Source of the DNA: a virus
Virus record (IMG/VR): IMGVR_UViG_3300034200_001443
Span: 1 to 64,000 of that record
Length of the DNA: 64,000 nt
Reading direction: 5' to 3' (one strand)
The stretch's first letter is position 1. Each line of letters begins with the position of its first letter. Below, in pieces: positions 55,001 to 63,600 of this stretch. The position numbers were made by a program, and so were the translations under genes. Under the pieces are notes generated by a model, which worked only from the letters and a program-made list of their open reading frames with translations, was not told the origin of the DNA and did not search any database.

Positions 55001-56851
55001 TGAAGTTTCAGGAGTCATTGCTTTTTCTTCTCCAGCAGAAGCTTTTAGAGGACGACCTTTAGAGTCAAGTTTAGGAGATTTAATTCCTCGTTCTTCAGTA
55101 ATTTTTTTTGTTTTTTCTGGATCTACAAAAGGATTATATTTACGACGAGTATCTGGTCCAGATTCAAGCCAAGGCTTAAGTATAGGAAGGTTGTATGCAT
55201 TTACTTCCTTAGTCCAATTAGTAAACTTTTCTGGGTAATACTTGTATAAAGGATTGTCTTTAGAAACTTCTTTTTCTACGTTTTGAGGTTGTTGAGGAAC
55301 TGCAGTTTGAGGAGTAGCTCTTAAATTAGAACTTGCAGGTGCTTGAGTTGGTTGTGGATCTGGAGACAGTCTTTGATCTGAAACCCATTGAGGATAATTA
55401 GTTAGCATTAAATTTAAATTTTGTGCGTTTAGTGAAGGAAGAGTTCCTGGCATACGGATAGGTGAATCCATAGGAGTACGAGGCTCACCAAGAATTCCAG
55501 ATGTATCTAATTCTCCTTCTGCAACTGAAGTAGGAATAGGAACGTATGACTCTGCTGGTTCCGTCATATTTGCAGCAATACTAATTAAATTTCCGTTATC
55601 AAGTTCTACTTGAGCAGTTTGTGTTTTAGCGTCAAGAGCACGAATGTTTCCTTGATATTCAGGACGGCCACCGATAATTACACGGCCACCCATCTTTGCA
55701 AACTTACCTGTTTTATCCCTTAACTGAGCAGATGCTTTTTGAGAGCGTTCTTCTGGAGTATAAATACCATCACCTTCACCAGAACTTGGAGTCTCTCCTG
55801 CAGCAGTTAAGCTGTCATCAAAGGAGTCCCATGAATCAGACATTTCATCTTGAAAAGCTAGATCATCTAACAAATCCATATCAATATCTGGGTAGGCTTC
55901 TTGATAAATTTTGCTTTCTTCTGGGTATAGCTTTTCTACCTTATGTGCAATAAATGGTTCGTTGTCGATAAGTGCTGCAATAAAAAGTGCAGTTTCTGTA
56001 TCTACTGGAACGTGTCCACAAGGTGTTTTATCGTTAGGGTTATCAAGAATTTTGTCGTACATAGACATATCAGCGTCTGGCATACCCATATCTTCCCAGT
56101 CGCCATCGTCCCACACATAAATGTGCCCTGCTGGTTCAATTCGATATAAGCGATCAATGCCAGATCCGTCTAAGCGAATACGAGCAAAAAACTCAATAAC
56201 ATTGTCTTCAGGCATTGTCTTTGAAACAATAAAAGAATCGTAATTAATTCTTTTTGGCATTTCAAAATCCATAGGATCTAATCCGCCAGCAGTAATTGAA
56301 TTTGATTTAGCCTTTTTATTTTCACGGTTTACAATTGCAGTAGCCCAAGACTTAGCCGCATCCCCACCCCAAAGAGCCCAAGCGATGCGGCCATTTGATG
56401 GGTAATTCTTTTGTCCCGGCTTGTAGCCAGTTCCCTTTTTATCTACTTCATGACGTGGGAAGTATTTGGCAATGTGTCGGACTTTTCTAATTCCGATTTG
56501 GCCACCCCGAGCAAGCGTGCGAGCGGTATTAAGCCCAACTGATGTTCCTCCTCTATCTTCTTCTTTGCGCCACTCAAGGCCGCGCTTTGCCTCAGCAACT
56601 ACTGAGTCAGGAATCGTATACATACGATCATTATTTGAAAAAACTTTAATATCTAAATTTGTAAGAGCTGCTGCTGCAAGTTCTACAGATGCTCCACTTG
56701 GACGGTTATTTTCTGAATCCCAATTAACTGCTGCAATAAGAGGCTCTTTAACGTCTAAAGCAACAACAAGGTTTTTTGACTCGTCTACTACAGCACCAAA
56801 AGTTTCAGATATGAAGAGAAATCTAGAGCCGTTACGACCAACGTAATCCAT
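52079..56851 (-). CDS. Multidomain capsid maturation protease / head polyprotein
   Basis: Start moved to MDYVGR (TAATG overlap). Protease core ESGDGR...LPL.WQ...GH..S.VVG...GVSADLD...PAFQE, then GRVFGHIA.W...SGDWR, a DUF6582-like ALPDGSFPI domain and other small domains. Lies directly upstream of the capsid gene. Confidence 0.8.
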   Translation of the reverse strand: MDYVGRNGSRFLFISETFGAVVDESKNLVVALDVKEPLIAAVNWDSENNRPSGASVELAAAALTNLDIKVFSNNDRMYTIPDSVVAEAKRGLEWRKEEDRGGTSVGLNTARTLARGGQIGIRKVRHIAKYFPRHEVDKKGTGYKPGQKNYPSNGRIAWALWGGDAAKSWATAIVNRENKKAKSNSITAGGLDPMDFEMPKRINYDSFIVSKTMPEDNVIEFFARIRLDGSGIDRLYRIEPAGHIYVWDDGDWEDMGMPDADMSMYDKILDNPNDKTPCGHVPVDTETALFIAALIDNEPFIAHKVEKLYPEESKIYQEAYPDIDMDLLDDLAFQDEMSDSWDSFDDSLTAAGETPSSGEGDGIYTPEERSQKASAQLRDKTGKFAKMGGRVIIGGRPEYQGNIRALDAKTQTAQVELDNGNLISIAANMTEPAESYVPIPTSVAEGELDTSGILGEPRTPMDSPIRMPGTLPSLNAQNLNLMLTNYPQWVSDQRLSPDPQPTQAPASSNLRATPQTAVPQQPQNVEKEVSKDNPLYKYYPEKFTNWTKEVNAYNLPILKPWLESGPDTRRKYNPFVDPEKTKKITEERGIKSPKLDSKGRPLKASAGEEKAMTPETSDVPILHMAIVSPDDPQAVMDLVALVPASNKTIEPATYTRKDGKWILDSQILNDLRSATPPPVVVLDDKTLVDVLEQVDNKGESMTAAGGLDRNRGQAEKLRRYWLYGKGAAKIRWRTPGDWTRCYRQLAKYMGPRAKGYCALRHKEANGYWPGDKKNREMTSFSVDTLHNYDELLSTFIMRARAADAKARVMTAGGDMDYDQGSEFYIPLVIPEEVESGDGRVIVKDALSIRDLPLPLLWQIQTGEGHNGSVVVGKIVVMERVDGGIGNAKGYFDKGAYGQEAERLVRGGFIRGVSADLDQFEGDEEVQEVKETSDTKVESGKIKIKKARVMAVTLVPKPAFQECSIQLADELGGEEEEVNIPDGVYVEGVNPLDASALVACGMIAGAIPVNPPKEWFNDPKLTTATPLTVDDDGRVFGHIAAWNVDHIGMSMGTKPPRSRSKYAYFHTGVVRTDDGTDVPVGQLTLAGGHASLEASASEAVRHYDDTASAIADVHAGEDAYGIWVAGSVRPGSTPEQIRALRASAPSGDWRPIKNSLELVAVCQVNVPGFPIARARVASGSVMALVAAGASVLAQLKSDPLLEMKGRLEALERPQKEALVASANDARSRIQAFQNAQLSEQKALIAAKVSKIKVDSDLDYDYMTEMFDDDPENEMGVISRKTRMRLAEEGKALPDGSFPIRNPQDLKNAIRAYGRSRPGSRGKVKRHIMKRAIGLNREEIIPESWKGAASNLDEIVETMKTRATFAAASMNSEAVFSTQEFAEDPIEEEIADLTDEEIEALKTEAKARKDQENDGISRDEDGRAKYTPETQPRDASGKFRQVLARIKQDLGTSGLDRVLDKIAEAENFDSTGDYAGAAKAAGDLLGIIDRLDSGALNAEALENVRISAGELGKVIANLPFAFGEDAEKIRFSDVPPALRDLMKDMITRVEDKIGQEDADEATEGLKKFISGSDLYNQSEISSQMAKLLRLLT

Positions 56852-57561
56852 TATTTGCTCTCCTCTGTAACTGGTCCACCAGCGACCCATGCACGACATG
56901 TGCGGGATGCAGCGCATTTAAAGTCGAATGCTTCACAATACCCTAAATCTCCAGCTTCGATTGAGCCCCAAGCATCATTTCCTTCTTCATTTCCAAGCCC
57001 AGAAGCAATACAATCCAGCATCCTTGGGGTCTGAATAAACACGGCACAATTGCCGCAAAGTTGTTTCTTTGCAGTCTCTTTATCGACAGACCATTCATCT
57101 GCAATTGCTTCCCAATACTCATCGTTTGGTTCTAGAGGATTAAGGGGTCCATACATAGCGGTGTCAATAGCGTTTTTACGGTTATCAAGATTAATGCCAA
57201 TATCTTGAGTAGCTGGAGGGCATCCTTCAGATGTCTCAACAGCTGCTGTCATCGATCTACCTTCGATAGAATAAGCTACTTCATACTTTTTAACATTGTC
57301 ATATGTTAAAGGAGTTTTAGTAGCACTGGCATTATCAAACATTTCTGTAACTATTTTGTAGTCTTCTGGGAGAATGTCCATAATAGACATATTTTCCAAA
57401 CTCTCATCGTCTTCGGATAGCAGTTCCCATTGATTGTTTATTCGAGTAAAAATTCCGTAATCTTCTGTATAAAAAATTTGTTGAAGAATAATGTTGTCAC
57501 CATTTGAGTAGACTAATGAGACACCCTCTTTAGGGTACTCTTTAGCGGAAGAGATCTTCAT
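56851..57561 (-). CDS. Hypothetical head-module protein with Cys-rich C-terminal domain
   Basis: CPPATQD...N..NR...YGP.NP...CGNC..F...GYC...FKC...RTC.AW. Confidence 0.75.
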   Translation of the reverse strand: MKISSAKEYPKEGVSLVYSNGDNIILQQIFYTEDYGIFTRINNQWELLSEDDESLENMSIMDILPEDYKIVTEMFDNASATKTPLTYDNVKKYEVAYSIEGRSMTAAVETSEGCPPATQDIGINLDNRKNAIDTAMYGPLNPLEPNDEYWEAIADEWSVDKETAKKQLCGNCAVFIQTPRMLDCIASGLGNEEGNDAWGSIEAGDLGYCEAFDFKCAASRTCRAWVAGGPVTEESK

Positions 57562-57686
57562 AGTTCCTCCATTTCGTCTTCATCTGCCTCGACAGCGTTA
57601 GGGTCTGACTCGGCAATATCCATCAACTTTTTATAAGCTGCGGCAACGAGCTCAGCATACTTTTCTTTATCTGACTTAGTAACCAT
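57558..57686 (-). CDS. Small acidic protein (42 aa), absent from the ORF track
   Basis: MVTKSDKEKYAELVAAAYKKLMDIAESDPNAVEADEDEMEEL*; TAATG overlap upstream and ATGA overlap downstream. Confidence 0.7.
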   Translation of the reverse strand: MVTKSDKEKYAELVAAAYKKLMDIAESDPNAVEADEDEMEEL

Positions 57687-60600
57687 TATACAGTCCTTTC
57701 ATCTTTGTTTTCAGGTTCAGCTTTTTTCTCTGCAGCAATCTCTTCTCCAGTTTTACCTTCACTTCCAACTCCGCTGCCAATTGGATTGCCGTCTTCATCG
57801 ACAGGACCTTCTGGCTCTTCTTGCTTTCCAAGCATATGGTCAACTGCTCTTTGAGCTTGTTTTGCTGCTTTAACGATCATCTGTGGATTATTTTTTACAG
57901 CTGGTAGCCAAGACTTGGCATATGCTGCAACGTTTTCGAAGTCAATTTTTACACCAAGACGACCTGCAACAAGTGCAACGGTAATTTCTGCAATAAGCTC
58001 TTCTTCACCACGGCTTTCTAAGTGCTTTCCATAATTGTCCAGAAGTTCTGTTCTATCCAAACGTGACCTATGACCAGTGCTATGCGCTAATTCGTGAACA
58101 AGAGTTTCAAAGAATGATTGCTCAGACTTGAACTGCTCACGTTGTGGAAGCTTAATAATGTCATCTATAGGGCTATAGAAAGCTTGATCTTGAGCTACAA
58201 ATAGAATTTCTGGCTTGTCTTTGTATGCTTCAAGAATTGCTGTTTCGCCTTCTGTAACTGGAATTGGTTCTCCCTTTACAATTGCTGGAAGATCAATATT
58301 CTCAGCTTGCTCTACGTTAAAGACTGTACGAATTGTAGGTGGTCGATAGACACGAACTTTTTCTTTTGTACCGTCTGGCTTTTCAACCTCTTTAAATATT
58401 TGTGGCCAGTGGATAACTTGAGTTCCCTTTTCACCACGACGAATATTTCCGCCAAGTTTTTCTGCTTTATTGTATGTAAGGAATCTGTTGTCTGTCCAGC
58501 CATTCTTTTCCATAGCTGCCCATAAAACAAGGATGTTTGATCCTTCATAAGTTTTACCTGTAGCAACGCTAGTTGGAAGGAATCCTCCACCAGTCCAAGG
58601 CTTTTGCCATGGGACAGTTCCTCTTTCGATTGCTTCAATAATTGCATTAGCAACTTTTTCAACAGCTGGATCAATTTTTTCAGCTGTTTTAACAGTGCTT
58701 TCATTAAACTCATCTTCAGTTACTTTTTCAGTAGGAAGAGCCATTCCCATAGCTGTTTCTACGGCAGTTGGCTTCTTTGGAGACTCGTCTTCATCTTCAG
58801 TGTATTCTTTAATCCAATTAAGTGGACCTGGATCTAACTTTTTCTGTGCACGAGTAAGTGCAACATATGCAAGACGAAGTTCCTCGTCTACTGGCATTTC
58901 AAGTTCGCCAGTTTTTTTGTTTGTACGAGGACCCCAGAAGTCATCAAAAATACGAACGTTGTTCCACTGTAAGCCCTTTGACTTATGTGCAGTGGTTACA
59001 ATTACATCAATTTCATCTTCTTCTTCACCTGCATCAGGTGCAAAACCTCCTACACCTCTGCGTAGGTCATTAATAGCTTTTTGACGATCTAAATCGTCTT
59101 CAACTTCTTTAAACCACTGCTTACCTGTCGCATCCCAACGGAAATTTTGATCTTTAATTTTGTCCTTACCTTTAAATGTTCCATTACCAGAAAGACGAAT
59201 TGCTTTATCTTTAACTTCATAATTAATACCTTCTCCAATAGAACCCTTAGCTCCATCTTCAGCTTGATCTAAAGTAATCTTCTTAAAATCAGATGATGGT
59301 TTTAGGTCTTTCTTTTCAGACTCAGGTGTAGCAACCTTTACTCTGCTAAGAATATCTTTAATAGATCCAATTCCATTTTGTACAACTAAATCGTATAGGG
59401 CTTTTACTTTTCTACCTTCGCCCTTTTCAACAGCTTCTTTTACCTCAGACCAATTTTTAAATTCTGCAAGATCTGGGTGCATTGTTGGCTTTTTAAACTT
59501 TGTCTGGTCTCCTATAAGCCATGAAGCACTAAGAACAAGGCTTTCTAATTCGTCTTTTGTTCCTTTTGTAATTCCAACAACCTTGCCAGCATCAAGAAGT
59601 TCAATCATTGCTCGGAATCCACCAGAGTTAGTACGGGTGATTACAACATCTGGATCTTCCATTCCATCTACTACTTCACCTTTTGACCCAGAACCTTCAA
59701 CGCGGTACTTAGAATCAAGTTGAGTAAGGAAGCGATTTGCCATTCCAGCAATTTCAGGGCCAAAACGGAAAGATTGAGTTAGTGGAAGATCCCATTTAGC
59801 TGTTGTCCTATCTAACTGGTCTTCTGCTCCACGGAATGCATAGATTGCTTGGTTTCCATCGCCAACATAAACTTTTTGAATAGTTTGATCGGCAATAACC
59901 TTTGCAATAACTGGGTTAATGTCTTGAGCTTCATCAAAAAAGATTACATCTGCTGGAGTTTTCATTCCAGAGCCAATAGAACCTAAATCTGGATTGCTTA
60001 ACGCCCAAATTTTTGTAATGTGAGCATTGTTGATACCAAATACTCCTGCAGGACTGTTTAGATCGTCCCAATAAGCATTGGCATACTCTACAAATGAGCG
60101 AGGAACTTCATCAAGCTCTTCTGTAAAATGTTTAGCACCAAGCTCATCGTCTGCGCTAATTGAAAAGTTATTAACTGCTTGCTTAATTATTGCTGGGATT
60201 TCTCGTGAAGAAAGACTTACTTCTACACCCTTAAGTTTTACACCAGTTGGTTTGATTCCAAGCTCGTCTGCAATATCTTCAGCACGAAGCTTCATATTTG
60301 CAGTTTTACCCTTTTGGTTTAAAAATTTTTGACGAATATCGTTGCTTACACCTTGGAAAGCAATTGAATCACCTGTGCGTGATTCAACATTTTTAGGCAT
60401 CTTGCCTTCTGCTTCCATCTGTACTGTTTTGTTAAATGCAATATAAACAATCTTTTTCTTAGGTTGTTCCTCAAGAAGTCGACGAGCAGCAAGTGTGAGT
60501 GTGCTTGTTTTACCTGTACCAGCTAAGGCACGAACAACGACGTTATCACCAGTCATAATTGCTGTAACTACATTTCGTTGCTCGGCTGTAGGAGGGAATT

Positions 60601-63600
60601 TTTCTCCTGCATATTCGTAGTTATCTTCTGGAAGAGCGTTAGGAACAGCTGAACCTTCTTCAGAAAGCGGTGCCATGTCATAAACTTCAGCTCCCATGTC
60701 TGGAAGTGCCATACCCATTGGAGTTTCTGGAGTATCTTCAGGTTTTCTCCAAACCTTTACCTTATCTGTTAAAAGGTAAACGTCGCCGCCGCCTCCTCTA
60801 GAACCTCTAGTTTTTTTGCCAGTATAAACTTTGTCGTCTCTAATCATCATCTTATGAATCGTAGTTTTTCCACTAGGGTCTAGCTTGTCTCCAGGCTTAA
60901 GATCCTTTGCATCAACTATTGATGAAACTAAACCTCTGGTAGTAGGACCTTCTGGAATAGACATTCCCATTCCCATATCTTCCACACCAGAAGAAAGGAT
61001 GTTATCTCCATCATCAAGGTTAAATACTTCTAAGCTGCTAGCACTAACATTTTCTCTTCTCTTAGTGTCATCATATCTGACCTTGAGATAATTTTTGTAT
61101 TTATTTTTTCCGTACTCTTCCCAGAAAACCGACACTGTTCCAGTTCTTCCATTTTTAACGTTTCTAACTCTATCTCCAGCTTTTATGGCTACGTTGTTAG
61201 CGTCTATGTGGAACTTAGAAGAGCCTTCTCGTGCAATAACCTGATCTTTAATTGTTTCGTCAATATTAAGATCCTTAATTGCTTCTTTAACTTTTTTACC
61301 AGACTTAGCTCCAGATGTAATAGTTTCAATAGCATCTGCAACAACTGAAGCCGCTTGAGGGTCTGTAACCTCTTGACCCTTGACTGGCTTTTGTTTTTCT
61401 GAAATTTTTGGAGTAGGGTCGCTTGGTATTGGTTTTGGCAGAATGTCTTTAATATCTTCAGGTTTAATTTTGCCAATAGAAGATCTACGACGAACTACTC
61501 CTCTAAGTACTTTTCCTCTAGCCCAACCAACTCCTGGAGTTGAAGAAGGTTCTACACGTTCTGAAAAAGGTTTTCCATCTCTTAATCTCTTGCGATAAAT
61601 AATAAGTTTGTCAGAGTTTTCTGGGTCAATTTGAATATCTACAACTTCAACTAATCCTGATGTACCTTCAAGAATATCTCCAATTTGTAGTTCGTCAACT
61701 ACAACAGATCCTCCACCATTAACTGCATAGGTATTCTCATCATCAAGTGCCCAAGCTTCGTTAATAATGTCTCCGAATATAGAAACGTGAGCGTAATCTG
61801 TTACTTTATCTGTAGGTCCATCTGAACCAAAGGTTGATGGTGAAACAGCTTCAGGTTGATCTCCTTGGGCTTTAAAGTCAGCTAAATCTTTTTCATATTG
61901 TTCAAGTTTACTTTCATATTCTGCCTTACGCAGTTCTGGCTCAAATTCTCTATTTTCTGGTTTCATTTTCTTAAGAAGATCTTCTAAAACTATTGGAAGA
62001 ACTTCAGAATCTGTCACGGCATTGTGCCACTGCTTATCTTTTGCATCAACTCCAGCCTTCTTTGCAACAGTTACAAGAGAACTACCTCTAGCAACACCTT
62101 TATTAGCAGCATCTATTTCAATAGTGTCAATAACTCCACCGAAAGAATACTCAATTCCAAATTTTTTGGCCCACTTTTCAAAAGTGTTTGTATCAAATTC
62201 TGCGTTATGAGCAACTAAAATTGCGTCTTTTCCAATAAATTCTGCAAATTTACGAAGCTGATCTTCAATGCTTGGTTGAGTAGATAACCACTCGTCATCA
62301 ACTTTTACACCTTTATTGTCAATAACTTTTTCTGGATTTAGAGCTCTATTGCCATTTTCATCAAGGTAAGGCTCTACTATTCTAGTTTTTCCTACATACC
62401 GTTCTTTTGTGTAGTAGTAGTCATCTAGAGGTTGTCCAGGATTCATAAAGAGATCTATTTCGCCAACTTTTTTACCTTTTTCATATAAAGATGCAGCAAG
62501 TTGAATAGGTGCATCTGGATCATCATAATCAAAACGACCAGTGCCTACCGTTTCAAAGTCAAAGTAAACAACTCTTTCGTCTTTAAGAGCTTCCCAAATA
62601 GCAGCGCCATCTTTTAGTTTTGTTAGTTTTTCAGCTGACCCGAAAAATGCTGGTCTGTTTGGACGATCAGGCTTGCTTAAAGCAGGAGATACTGATGGTT
62701 TGTAATCCTTACCTGCTTCTCTGCGGGCTTCTTCAATTTCAGCTCTCTTTTCAAAATATTCTTTGCCCTTTAAAGTTCCATTTGGAATTCTTTCAATTTC
62801 TGGTTTGTCACCAGATTTTGGCATATTAGCTTCAGACTCTCCTCTGATAGCGCTAATTATTGCTCCTTCATTCCAATCATTCTCTTGGATTGTATGTCCA
62901 GGATAGTAACCACGAACAATTGCTTTTATTTCTACTTCGCCATTGTCTGGTCTTACATATTCTCTCGTTTCTTCAAGAACTTCTGTTACAACAAAGAAAC
63001 GTTCTAATTCTTTAGTTTTTTCATTTACGCTAAATGTAATATCTCCTGGTTTAAGGTCCCTAGCTTTAACCGAAACAATAGAAGCTCTAGGAGCTTGAGC
63101 AGTAGATACAGACTCGACGTCTGTTGGAGGAGTCCATGTTGATTTACGACGATCCAACTCTTCATCGTATTTGGCTCTTGCTTCATTGTAGCCTGGGCTA
63201 TCCCCTCTAAAATCTTCACGCTTTGGTTGACGAAGTTCTGGTAAGTCTCCCTTTTCTGGAGGAGTTGCACCACGATAAACATCAAACAATGTGTCATCTG
63301 CCCAAAGCTTGCTTGATTGTTCAACAGATCCTGGGTAGTAGCCGCTAACAATTGATGCTGGTACTTCTACGCCTTTAACTGTCTTCTTATACCCACCTTC
63401 AACATTTGTAATTGTGAAGAAATCATTGACAGTTACATCGCCTGGTTGAAGATCTGCGCCACGAACTGAGGTCTTAATTGGCTTTGAAGCTTCTGGAGTT
63501 ACTTCTTCAGTTGTAGAAGTTTCTTCAGTAGGAACCTCTACTGACTCTGCTGGTCTCTCACCAAGAACAATTTCATCAATTATTCTGGTAACTTCATCTA

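Noticed and set aside
60780-63480. Intein/Hint domains suggested by 'A.DL.PGD'
   Set aside because: No N-terminal Cys/Ser block, TxxH or C-terminal HN motifs around these segments.
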